From Proteromonas lacertae (lineage: Eukaryota), in contig NGBS01000910.1 in NCBI GenBank assembly GCA_002245135.1, positions 1-50,314 of the forward strand: a stretch of 50,314 bases of DNA, read 5' to 3'. The translations under genes were made by a program, and so were the position numbers. Positions 1-12,500 of the stretch are shown here, piece after piece. Numbering within the stretch: the stretch's first letter is position 1; the number at the start of each line of letters is the position of its first letter. Under the pieces are notes generated by a model. That model was given only the letters and a program-made list of their open reading frames with translations. It was not told the DNA's origin and did no database searches.

Positions 1-445
1 GTTGGCATTATTCTATGAAGAAATGTGTCACTTCTTAGAGCTACCCTGGAATTAGGTTTGCAATCATTTATATCTATGTTTTTTCTATATCTACTATATA
101 TTTTTCCGAACCAGTCTATTATTTTTATTAATACTAAAGATTTATATACTTTTACTAAAACCTTCTTCTTACCCATTGGTTTAACAACTTCTCCTAGAGC
201 TGAAGCAGATTCTTGAAGTAAATAGACTTCTTCTCTGATATGTCTCACTATTTAGGTTAGTATTAAATTATTTATACCTTTAGCATTTAACATATTTCTT
301 TGTGCTTCCAATCTACGATTGTTTTCAATCTTCTCTCTCAACTCCTGTAAAAGTGTTTCAGCTTGAGTCTATATGCAATGAAAATAATGCGCTTATACTT
401 TGTAATATTTATCTACAACCTCATAGTATTAGAATTTCCTACCAT
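1..445 (-). CDS. RPT6: 26S proteasome AAA-ATPase subunit Rpt6 (5' part; continues off the left edge)
   Basis: Spliced minus-strand translation reads ...[49 protein letters not shown]...[25 protein letters not shown], matching the Rpt6/PSMC5 coiled coil and OB domain. ~30-nt GT-AG introns; ATG at 445 is followed directly by a likely intron (first exon uncertain). Confidence 0.9.
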
Positions 446-532
446 TGTGGGAAGAAATTTGATAAGAAAATTTTGATGAAGAAGATCAAGCCTAAATCAA
501 GTCAAATATTGTTTTTTTTTTTTAATTTTTAG

Positions 533-1563
533 ATGGATTTACTTCAGGAAGCTATTAAAGAAAAGCGTAAATTAGTAGAAACTATAGATACAATTGCTAA
601 GAAGGAAATAGGTGAAAATAAAAAGTATATAAAAAGAGGTGAGAAAGAGAAAGTGATAGAAAAAATATTTCGAAAGAAGATGAAGATAAGAAGCAAGAAC
701 AAAAAGAAAAAGAAGAGAATAAACAAGCAGATCAACAGCATTTAAGAAACGAAAGGTAGAAGGTATGAATAACTAAATTTATATTACTAGATGACAAAAA
801 AGAAATAGTATTACCAGAACAAGAGATCATTAGAAGACTTAGAATTATGGGTGAACCAATTTTGTTATTTGGAGAATCCATTGAAGAAAGACTTAACAGA
901 TTCAAAAAATTAGAAGAAGAAAGAGGTGTAGGTCGAGATGATGATATAAAAACCAATGAAACTCGTAATGTATTCCTCGAATCTGATAGAAAAGAAGATA
1001 CTTCAAAAGAAAAACAAATTCCACCTTTTATATTACCTCCTTCACCTGCAGATTTAGTTCCAGAACCTACAGATAGTTCAGTACATGAATCCAATGCTGA
1101 AGTTATTACAAAATTCTTCAGGGAATTAATCAAACTTTGGGCATTAGAATTAGCAAATCGACCTGAGAGTGAAAAATATACTCCAGTAGGTCAAACAGCT
1201 AGAAAAACTGTAAAACAATGTAGAGATTATTTGAAACCGCTATTTAAACAACTGAAAGATGGAACATTACCAAAAGATCTTGAAAACGGATTATTTAATA
1301 TAGTTAGATTATTGAAAAACAAAAGAGTATATAAAAGCGAATGATGCATATATTGGAATAACAATGGAAACGCTCCTTGGCCAATGGGCGTTAGTGCAGT
1401 TGGTATTCACAATAGAAGTGCTAGAGATAAAATAGAAGATGGTAAAATTGCGCATGTATTGAATAATGAGCAGAATAGAAAGTTTTTGACGAATGTAAAG
1501 AGATTAATGACATATTGCCAAAATAAATGGCCATTAGATCCTTCAAAGATGTGGACTACATAA
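533..1563 (+). CDS. PRP18: Pre-mRNA splicing factor Prp18
   Basis: PRP4-like motif EIIRRLRIMGEPILLFGES and Prp18 domain (QCRDYLKPLFKQLK...[32 protein letters not shown]...AHVLNNEQNRKFLTNVKRLMTYCQ), stop TAA 1561-1563. Single-base frameshifts at about 670, 1321 and 1364. Confidence 0.9.
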
Positions 1564-1705
1564 ATTTTGTGATAATAATAATGATAATTAATTGTAATTA
1601 GTCTGTTAATTTTGAATTTTGAATTTAAATGAAAACTATCCGTTTCAAAATTTAAATCGTTTTGTGTAACGCTTTATTATCTAAGCTTTAATTAAATCCG
1701 AGACA

Positions 1706-4700
1706 ATGGGAGCGTATAAATATTAAATATATACAATAGAGCATCTTCAATTCCAGACACTGCTAAGCAAAGTATAGTAATTTACTTAATATTCTATAAA
1801 TAGGTGAAAAGCCTGAAACTAGTAGTATAATTCACATATACTTAAATAAATTAGTGAACCAGCCATTCAAAGGGGTTAGACCAAAAGTCATTTAGTTTTA
1901 GGAGGACCACCAGTCAGGCAAAAACACTCAATCAAAGTACATTGAAAGTACTTATGGTTTTGTTTATTATCTGTTTCAGCAATTATGAAGAAGAAGTAGA
2001 AAAGTATATAAATCAACACAAAATATATATAATAATATAGAGGTACTGAGAGTGGAAATGTAATAAAGCAGCGTAGAGCAGAAGGTAAAATAATTGAATC
2101 AGATATTTTAGTTAAATTAATTGCTGATAGAATGGAAGTATAATTTGTTTTTAATAAATTGTAATAATAATGAATAGAAATGTCTAGATAATGGTAAAAA
2201 ACACTTTCTCATTCAAGGCTTCCCTCAGAATCTTGAAAATTATGAAGGATGGAGAAGAAAATTACAGAATTATGTTAATGTACTTGGAGTATTATACATA
2301 AGTTGTGATAAAGAGACATTGACTAAGAGAATAGCCAGTAAAAATGATAAAGAGAAGAAGCAATACATTGCAACATATGAGAATTTCATTTCAAAGACAA
2401 TGTCAATAATTCAAAAATTTGATTCAGAAGGAAAATTATACAAGTATTATATATTTTATATTATTTAATTTAACAATAGAATTGATGGTAATAAAACAAA
2501 AGAGGAAGTGCAATTACAAGTTGATAGTATTTTCAAAATTACAATCAATCAATTCAACGGATTTGTCCCAAGAATTCTATTCGTTATTGGTATGACAGGT
2601 AGTGGAAAAACTAAACAATGTGATTATATAGTAAATACATATGGTTATGCAGTAATTAACCAACACTCATTAGTCGAAGAAGAAAGTAAATTAGCTACAG
2701 AAACAGGTAAGAAATGTAAGAAAGCATTAACAGATGGTAGTGATGTAGATCCATCCACTGTAATTCAATTATTACAGAAGAAAATGGAATTATTTATCAA
2801 GCTTGGTCAAACCCGATTTTATTGGATGATTTTCCGACTTCTATTGAATTACTGAATGAATGGAATAAAGTGATGTGTTATTCAACTGAAGTGATTGGTC
2901 ATATCTATTTGACTGTAAGAAAGAAACAATTGAACAAAGACAGACAAAGTTAAAAATCAAAAAAGAAGTAATTGAAAGAAGAATCAAATATTTCGAAGAA
3001 AAAACAAAGAAAGTCCTAGAAAATTTCAAGAAGAACAATTTGTTGCAAACAATTGATGCTAATAAAGACAGCAAAGAAATCTCCAATCAAATTGATGAAA
3101 TATTTACTAATAAATATTATGATTTTCCAGGAGGGATGCCAAGTGTTTTGTTCATAATGGGAGGACCAGGAACTGGTAAAAGTAGTGTATGTAAATATAT
3201 AGAAAATACATTTGGATTTGAACACTTATGTGTTGGAGATTTATTAAAAGAAGAATCTTTAAATTCTGATAAAAATAATGATAGTAAAACGATTAAAAAG
3301 ATATTAGATGAAGGAGGTGTTGTTCCAGTTAATATTACATTATCAATAATTAGAAAGAAGATGATCCAAATTGCTAGAAATGGTAATTTAAGAATATTAA
3401 TTGATGGTTTTCCAAGAAACACTGAGAATTATATGGGTTGGAATAAAGAAATGAGTGGTAGTACTATCTTAATAGGAAGTATAATATTAGAATGTAATGA
3501 TAAAATGACATTGATGAGATTGGTAGAAAAAGATAAGAAAGAAGGTAAAGGAGATACAACTTCATTGATTAAGAAGAGATTGACAACTTATAATAAAGAA
3601 ACAATTCCATTAATTAGAATATTTGAAGAAAAAGGAATTTGTTTTAAGTATACATATATATATCATATTATATTATAAATTTATATAGAGTTAATTCTGA
3701 ACAATCTGAAAAACTAGTTCAACATGAAATCGATAATATAATGATCAACCAATTAAATCAATTCTACGGTATTCCTCAAGTATTATTCGTTGTTGGTGGT
3801 CCAGGAAGTGGTAAAGGAACTCAATGTGATTATATCAACAAAACCTTCGATTATTTACACATTTCAACTGGAGATTTATTAAGAGAAGAAGTAAAAAAGA
3901 ATAAAAATAATTATTATTATGCAGAAGATGCTGTAATTATTGAAGACTGTATGAAGAAAGGATTAATTGTTCCAATTTCAATAGTGATTAGAGTGATAAG
4001 ACAAAAACTACAATCACTTTCTAAACAAGGTAAAAGTAGAATAGTGTTAGATGGATTTCCAAGTAATATAGACAACATAGATGGTTGGCAATTGGATATT
4101 GGTCAGAATATACATATTGAAGGATTGTTATACTTTGAATGTAAAGAAGAAACAATGCAAAAGAGATGTTTGGAAAGAGGTAAAGTTGAAAAGAGAGATG
4201 ATGATAATGAAGCATCAATTAAAGCAAGAATAATGGTATTTAAAAAAGAAACAATTCCTGTAGTAGCAATGTTTGAATCTCAAAATAAAGTATATAAAGT
4301 TAATTCTGAAGGATCAATCGCTGATGTTAATAAATTAGTATGTAATGTATTTACAGATCATTTATTCGAGTTTCCTGGTTCTAAACCAACTGTTATGTTT
4401 GTAATAGGTGGCCCTGGTGCTGGTAAAGGTACTCAGTGTGAATATATGGCGAAAAAATATGGTGCTGTACATCTATCAACTGGAGATTGTTTGAGAGATG
4501 AAATTAATTCAAAATCTGAAGATGCTGAAATTATTCAATTACATATTAATCAAGGTATTTTAGTACCACAACAAATAGTTATTAGAGTTTTAAGGAAGAA
4601 AATGATTCAATGTGTCAAAAATGGATCGAAGAAGTTTGTGATTGATGGTTTTCCAGCTACTATGGACAATTTAGATCATTGGACTAGGAATATGAGCAAC

Positions 4701-5040
4701 AGTGTTATATTGAGTGGAGTGTTGAATTTGAAATGTTCTGACGAAATTTTGAAGAAAAGATGTTTAGAGAGAGGAAAAGCTACTGGAAGAAGTGATGATA
4801 ATGAAGCATCTATAAAAACAAGAATTGAAGTGTATAAAAAAGAAACTGAACCTGTTGTACAGAGATTTAAGACTTTGAAACAATTATTTGAGTATAAATA
4901 TTATATTTTATATTCTACATTATAGAATAAATGTTGAAAGGTCAATTGCTGATATACAAAAAGATATTGATATGATATTTAGTGCTCAAATGTCTGGATT
5001 TGTTGGACCAAAACCACAGAAAAGAAAGAGTTTTGGATAA
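1706..5040 (+). CDS. Multi-domain adenylate/UMP-CMP kinase with five tandem NMP-kinase domains and a predicted N-myristoylated N-terminus (MGAASS)
   Basis: Five P-loops: a frameshifted GGPP..GK (~1900), GMTGSGK (~2590), GGPGTGK (~3160), GGPGSGK (~3795), GGPGAGK (~4407). Domains carry HLSxGDLLR-like, xDGFP-like and (in 4 and 5) RxDDNEASIKxRI motifs. Joined by short GT-AG introns; stop TAA 5038-5040. Confidence 0.85.
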
Positions 5041-5324
5041 ATCATTTGCTTTATTCTCTTCGATTTACTGATTTTAATATCGTTTTGGGGGTTGTATTAA
5101 CTAAAATAACAATTAAAATCCTTGTATCGATATTATTCCGTAGGAAACAATTAAAATGTATGTTAATTTGCTATTTTTGTTGAATATGATTAAGAATATC
5201 CTTTACAATGAAAATATTTAATAAAAAATTCAAAATAGTTTGAGTTGTGTCAAACCTATAACGATTTTTTGATTGTATTTTTATTGATTTTTGAAAAGCA
5301 CAAATTATTTATCGATAAACCGAT

Positions 5325-6707
5325 ATGACATCTGTATGTAAGTCTTGTTTATTGATGTTTAGAGAAAGCCTACAGTTCCATTGATGGTGATTGGTAATAA
5401 ACCAATTTCGTACAACAGAAAACAAAGTGGATCAGTTGAATCAGCATATTCTTTCGTGGGTAAAAGTCCCAAGTATTAATATTTAATATTTATACTTTTG
5501 AATAGATTACATCCTCGTTCATACAGTGGCTCTCTTTTACAAAATGATCATTCTTTAAATAATCGCAATCCTTCTTTAACAAAATTAAACCCCCTTGTAA
5601 AAACAGCAAATGGAGAGAATTCTAGAGTATACTGAAATTAAATATAACATAAAAATAGTCTCCACCTTCTAAACATTGTCAAGCAAAAATGTTACAACTG
5701 GAAGTAGGATTGAAGTGTAGATTAGCTAATTTAGACTCAATAGGTAATGTATATACATAAATGAATATAAATATATAAATAATTAGAAATCATCTCGTAG
5801 ACACGAGAAATTAAAAGTACTATCACAATCATTAGATGAAATTGCTTTAATTTGTCCAAGTCAAGCTGTAGCTCTTACAATAATTCGTGATAATTATAAT
5901 GATATATTTAGCAATGAATTACGAGCAAGATGTAATACAAATTCAAAAGAAAATCTATTGTCTGCTCGTTCTGATAGAAAAAGTAGTGAAAAGTTTTCCA
6001 ATATTGGAAGTGATAGTTATCGTGGAGAATTAAGTATTTATTATAAATAATATAATAATGTATTATATTATTTAGATATTGAATTGATGAATCTACGGAT
6101 GTATTTAAAAGAAAGTGAAAATTTGGTAAATAAATTAGCATCTTCAAAAACCACTAATTCTAATAACAATATTTCTCCATCCTCAGAAGCATCTATATCT
6201 TCAACATCTTCTACAATTAATAACAATAACAATAATAATAATAATGTATTAACAAATGAAGATAAAGAGAAATTATTATTGAGATTGAAAAGTCTACATG
6301 GAATAATTGATAGAATGGATATAATTATAAATCCTAATAGTAGCAATAACAATAAATATAAATTGAATAATAATAATAATAACATATTATCTCATTGTGA
6401 AGATTATAGTGCAAACTCTACTAGTAATGATACTTCTGAAGTATCTGATGTTGAAGTAGAGAGCGATGATGATGAAGATATATTAACATCTTTACCTCCA
6501 TTATTATCTGCTTCTTCAACTCCACTTGTAAGTTCAAAGAAGAGTTGTAGTGGAAGTAATTCAAAATCTAAACTGTTTATACCAATATTAGATTTATCTA
6601 AAACGAAAAATGAACAAAGTTACCAAGATGAATTTTTAGCAACGAAAGATATGTGGAGTGAGAGCTGGAGAGAAGATGCCAGTGAAATGGTAACTAATAA
6701 AGAATAG
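5325..6707 (+). CDS. Hypothetical protein with a coiled-coil/low-complexity middle and a C-terminal IPxLDLS...QDEFL...WSESWR motif
   Basis: Spliced ORF MTS|RKPTVPLMVIGNKPISYNRK... across several ~30-nt introns, joining the 6084-6707 ORF. No confident family call. Confidence 0.6.
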
Positions 6708-6957
6708 AGTATATAATTTAATTCAATTTGTAAATATCTTCTACATTGTTGTCTATTATGTTGATTGAATCATTTGTAAAATTAATTGATCTTACAGGAT
6801 TTAAACTATTCTTTCCATATAGACATATATTGTTCGACATATGAATGAAGAAAAGAAAAGAAAGAATTATTAAAAGTTTAATAATGTAAAATATTTATTT
6901 ATTATTATGACATATGTTTTTTGAATAAAATAAATCAAAATATATTCATTATCATAT

Positions 6958-8957
6958 CTAATTAGTTAAAATCTTATCCTATTAATATAATAAATAATAA
7001 TATATACAAGTTGTAAATATCCTCCAGCTACAACTGAAAATATACAATTATGCTTATTTTTAGCTTTAATTGTTTTATTTATTAAACGAATACCTTCAGC
7101 AACTTTCTGAATTGTCTATTAAACATAATATATATAATAAAAATACAGGATCATCACTACCAAAATAATATCTAAATAATTCAGGTGAATTAAAAGCATC
7201 AAATTCTAAAATACCTTTTCTACAATGAAACTGCAATTTTGGATGAGTTGGATTTCCTGGAACAACAAAGAAAGTCAAACTTACTTCATCTTTTATTTCA
7301 CTACCAACAAAAGCATTTAAATTGTCCAAATCAATCGGATTCTGTGGTTGAAGTTGTTGTCTTTGTTGTGGTGGTAAATGAATAGCAGGTGATGATGTTG
7401 ATGGTAATGATAATGATTGTTGATGTATTGGTATAGGTAATACATGAGATGGCTGTTGTTGCTGTTGCTGTTGTTGTTGTATTGATTGTACTATTAATGG
7501 TGAATATGGTGTTAGTTGTTGTTGTATGTGGTTGATAATTCATTTGTGATAAAGGTATTGCTGCTTGTGGTGATGTATTGGAAGTTGTGATGTAAGTGGC
7601 TGAGGTGGAAGAGGTATTTGATTGGTTGTGATGTATATACAACTGGTCTTATATAAGAATTAATTGATATTGTTGGATTTGGATTATTGTTATTATATAA
7701 CTGTTTTGATGGAGATTGTTGTTGTGTGGTGGTGGTAGTGTTGGTATTGGTGGTTGAAGAGGTATAACTGTTGGAATGATGGATGGTTTAAAATTCTGAT
7801 TCATTTGTTGTTGTTGTTGTTGTTGTTGATAAATTATTCTGATGTATATATTTATCATTATTTGCTTTTTGAGATGATTTTCCCATCTCTTTTTGTAGTT
7901 GTTGATAATCTTTGGTATTTACTGGCTTACTTTCTGTAGTAGTAGCAGCAGTAGTAGATGGTGTGGTTGTTATTGTATCTTTTGGTGGTTCTTTTACACC
8001 ATTTGTAGTTGTATTGGTTGATGAATAACTCTTATTCTGTTGTTTTGAATAATAATTGTTTCTATTATTATTATTGTATTTATTTTTATAACCATAACCT
8101 CTATTATTATTATTATACTTTTGGTTTTTATTATATTTTTGATTTTTATTATAATTATTACCATTATTACTGTTTTCTGTTGGTTTAGTTAGTGGTTTAT
8201 TAGATATAGTATTCACTGGTGCAGGTTGTTGTTGTTGTTGTTGTTTTGGTTGAGGTTGTACTGTAGTAGTAGTTGTTGTTTTTACTGGAGTTGGAGTATT
8301 AATTTTACTATCCATTTTGTAGGGTATAAAGGGAGGAGGTGGATTGTCTTTCTTTTGTAATTTTAACTTAATATCCATTATCTCTTGGTGCATTTTCCAT
8401 GCATTATATAAGCTATCAACCTTTCCTCCTAACACATGAATATTTTCATCTGTCAGTAACATTTGACCTTTAATTACTCTTGGATTAATTAATTCAATTT
8501 TTGTTCCTGGCGCTGTATCAATACTATATATATAGTAGAAAAATATAATAATGTACGTTATATAAGACCAATATTTATGCTCAACAGCAAAGAAGGTTGT
8601 AATTCCATCAGTCAGTTTCATTTTCAACATACGGAGACTTGCATTACTTGTTTGATTAATGCTTGGTTGACTGATGTTTGTAATTGAAACAATCTATATA
8701 CCGTAAAATATAAAAAATAGTGAAATACTTGAACAATAAAGCGTCCATTTAAATTTCCAGTAAAACTTGCAATATCTTTGGGTATAACTCCTTCTCCATA
8801 TTCTTTAATATCAGTATTCAACAATAATTGTATAATATCGTTAATCCTGTTTCCTAGAGAGGATATTTTTGATTGATAATCATTTCTAAAACAATAGTGA
8901 CTGCTTATAATACCTTACAAAGTAAAATTTTTTCTTCAAAGTATCAAAAATGCTCAT
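6958..8957 (-). CDS. TDRD3/RMI1-family DUF1767 + OB-fold protein (topoisomerase III partner), TDRD3-like N-terminus, long Q/N/T/P-rich linker
   Basis: NDIIQLLLNTDIKEYG...GRFIVQ|IVSITNISQP...RMLKMKLTDG...TAPGTKIEL...GQMLLTDENIHVLGGKVDSLYNAW...PPPPFIPY parallels TDRD3 (LNTDLR...RMLRLQMTDG...VLGGEVEHL...PPPFVPF). Linking the 3' exons to stop 6958-6960 is less certain. Confidence 0.75.
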
Positions 8958-8986
8958 TTTTGAATTTATTTCTCAAACCTGTTTGA
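8958..8986. promoter_or_regulatory. 29-bp spacer between divergent start codons (putative bidirectional promoter)
   Basis: CAT of the TDRD3-like gene at 8955-8957 and ATG of RNASEH2C at 8987-8989. The spacer contains TTTGAA, TCAAA and TTTGA. Confidence 0.6.
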
Positions 8987-9359
8987 ATGGAATTAAATCA
9001 CTTGCCTTGCGAAATAGACTACAATGGAGATGTTTCTGATTTGAAAGACAATTTTAAAATATATGAGACATCTAAAAAGACTGATACAGGTATGCTTTAA
9101 GAATAAATTTCTAGATCAAACAATATATGAAGCTCAATTTAGAGGCCATTTAATAAGAGGCACAAAACAACAATTACCAGATGGTTTTGTTGGATTTATA
9201 GCAAAAGATGGTGTTGAGAATGGTGAAAAAGTCAAAGTTCTAGATGAATTTAAGGAATACTATTATTGGAATGATGAAACTGAGCCAAATTCAACTGATC
9301 CAGATCCTCAATTAGTTGATAAGCTAGATACTTTAACTTCATTTAATCTTTTAAGATAA
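8987..9359 (+). CDS. RNASEH2C: Ribonuclease H2 subunit C
   Basis: MELNHLPCEIDYNGDV...|DQTIYEAQFRGHLIRG...LPDGFVGFI...FKEYYYWNDETEP: the hallmark LPCxI, FRGRxLxG and FxxxxYW motifs; one intron at ~9090-9114. Confidence 0.85.
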
Positions 9360-9584
9360 ATAATCCAACAAAAAATAAAAATTTGATAATGTTTATATAA
9401 AAGGTAATAAGAAATAATAATAACTTCTAATAATAAATAAAAAACACTTTTATTTTTAATTATTAATCTTTTTATTTATTTTTTATAATACTTAAAACGA
9501 GTGATTAGTGTTTTTTTAATATTGATATAATTAAAAATAAAAGATATAATAAATACATTTTTTTCATTTTTTTGATTGAATTCA

Positions 9585-12500
9585 TTAAAATGTACTATCC
9601 CATCCACTACCATCATCTTTATATGGTGGAGGAGGTTCATCTGGATCATTACATCCAAAGTTACTATGATCAAACTCATTACGAATGGTAGGAACCCAAG
9701 GAACTTCAATTCTTCTTCTTAACAAAGCTTTCCAATCTAAACCATTAAACCAAACATGATCTTTAATATCTCTTATTCCTCTCTTTAAACAACCCATTCT
9801 ATGGTTTACATCAACCACTAATATCTTTTCAATTAAATCTTTAGCGCCTAAATCAGCGAATTTTGGTGGAAATTCTAATTTTCCTTCTGTAATCTTCTGG
9901 AATAATCGATCTTCTTGTTGTGCTCTAAATGGTGCATTTCCACATAACATTTCATAGATTAAAATACCAACAGCCCAAATATCACACGATCTGTTATAAC
10001 CTCGACCTAAAATTACTTCTGGAGATAAATATTCAGGAGTACCACATAATGTATAAGTTTTATCTCTTATTTCTTTAGCAAAACCAAAATCAATCATTTT
10101 TATGAAACCTTCACTATCTATCAACACATTTTCAGGTTTTAGATCACGATGGACTATTCTTTTACTATGTATATATTCTAATACGAGAATGACAGAAGCA
10201 GCATAGAATCTGGCTTTAGTTGATCTTATACGATGTCTATACAAAAATAAATAAATAAATAAATTCATTATATAAAAAAAAAAGAGAAAAAAATAACAGT
10301 AATAATGATAATGATGATGATAATAATATATACTTTGGACATCTTCTCAAAAATCCATACAACTCTCCTCCGTTAATATATTCAGTCATCATATAAATCC
10401 TTTCTCTATCTTTAAAAGTCCTAATTAATCTCAATATAAATGGATGATCTAATTGTAATAATATATTCTTTTCATAAGTCACTGCAGATTGTTGTTTCTT
10501 GTCTACAATCACTGCTTTATACATTGCTTTCAATGCAAATACTTCATTCAATTTCCTACATCTAACCAATGTTACTCGTCCTAATACACCTGTACCTAGT
10601 AAAGCAATTGTATCTAAATCTGATAATTTCAAATCTTTATATTTATCAACAGGACTTGTAGTTTTTAATGCTTCTTGATCACTTTGTTTAATCTGTTTAC
10701 ATTGTTCTTTTAATTTCTCTAAGATTGGAGCACAAAGTGTCTGGAATTCATCTGATCCTAATATAAATACATCAACAGTAGAATCTGCAATTGCATTAGC
10801 TGTTCTTAGTTCGTTCGTTATTAATCCAACTTCGCCCAAATGATCTCCAACTCCACTATGACCTAATGTAACAGTTTGACCATTATTGGTTTTAGTGATT
10901 GTTACTGTACCTTCACTGATTATAAAGAATTCTTTCGCTGGAGTACCTTCTGTTATGATATATTCACCTGGTTGATATCTTCGGCTTGTGAAGGCTTGAG
11001 CCATTGATTCTAATTCTTTTTGATTCAAGTTTCTGAATAATGGTATTCTCTTCAATACTCTCATTACAGAATGTTGATTCATAATATCTCTCAATGGTCC
11101 AAGTAGTTTAATAAATGAATGACGATCTAATACAAAACAAGTTACTTCACCTAAAGCAATCACATTGGCAGATCTTTTATCTTGAGACAATAAAGCCAAT
11201 TCACCAAAATAAGCACCTTCTTCTGCTTTTAAAATGCATTTCTCTTCTTCATATGGTCTACCATCTCTTGTTACATTGACTGTCACTCTGCATTTGCCTT
11301 CTTTTAGTATAAAGAATTGATCTCCATTTTCACCTTGTTTAATGATGTAATTATTATTGTATGTTTGTTCAACAAATGCTTCATCTAATTGCTCAAGTTC
11401 TGATTCGGTTAGATATTGTAATATTGCTATAGATCTTAAGGCTTTTACTCTTTGATTATGTTCAATTATTTCTTGAAGATTACCAGCTACTCGAGTGAAA
11501 TCATGAGTGTTTAAACAAACACAAGTTGTTTTCTCTTTAGGCTATTACTGTGTATTGTGGCTTTCTATTACTTAATACTTCTTGTCCAAAATATTCACCT
11601 TTTACTATATCTTTCGATTTACCATCATCATATCTAATTTGTGCTGTTCCTGTTTGAACGACATATAATGCAATGGTTGAATCATCCTGTCTATTTAATA
11701 TCACTTCTTCACTATTATAGGTCTTAGTAGTTATTACTTGTATAACTGAAGTTAATTGATCTTCAGTCAAGGCTTTAAGCTGTGGAACACCCTTCAATAA
11801 TTCTTTTGTTTGAGTTAATTCTTGTGTAGATAACATAGCTAATACAGTTCTGAAGACTTGACGATCTAATCTCCAAACCACTGAAGGGACGGAAGCCTGT
11901 ACTGTAGCTGATCTTGGACAATTATAAATTAACGCTAAATCACCAAATAATATACCAGGACCCATCTGATTCACTAATGAATTACCTTTAGCTTTTTCAA
12001 AGCAAGAAAATTTACCTGATTGTATTACATAGCAGTTATCACCATTATCTCCTTCCTTGATGATGATAGTACCTTTGGGTACTTCTACTCTCTCCATACT
12101 GTCAATTAAGGCATTTTCCATCTCTTTGCCTATTTTAGCGAATAAGAAATGCTCATGGAATGCTTTAGATATTAATTCTCTCACTTCTGGTGGTTTTGGT
12201 ATATTGGATGTCTTTGTTTCTATAAATTATAAAAATTACTTTCAATTATTTATACGTAATGCTCCCATTTCATTAGAACTAATACCAATCAAAGGCAAAC
12301 GCTTAGCAATTGGTGTATTATCTGTAGTATTTACTTCATCTCCAAATTCTGCTTCATTTGAATTATCAGTTGCATCAAATGCATTTGGACTAATAGGTGG
12401 ACGACTAGCAGCTCCTCTGCCTCCAGACATTCGACCATTATGAACTGGCTTTATTGAGGATGAACCTGTATAACCATCAGCACTTTTTAAGTTAGATGAT

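Noticed and set aside
5196..5204. ATATCCTTT U12-like donor
   Set aside because: Intergenic with no reading frame to restore. Similar words at ~39352 and ~50101 are antisense to the coding strand.
6221..8280. (AAT)n and (CAA)n microsatellite-like tracts, also near 15510, 28900, 32680 and 38260
   Set aside because: They encode poly-N/Q/T/S low-complexity protein segments; not arrays, CRISPR or mobile elements.
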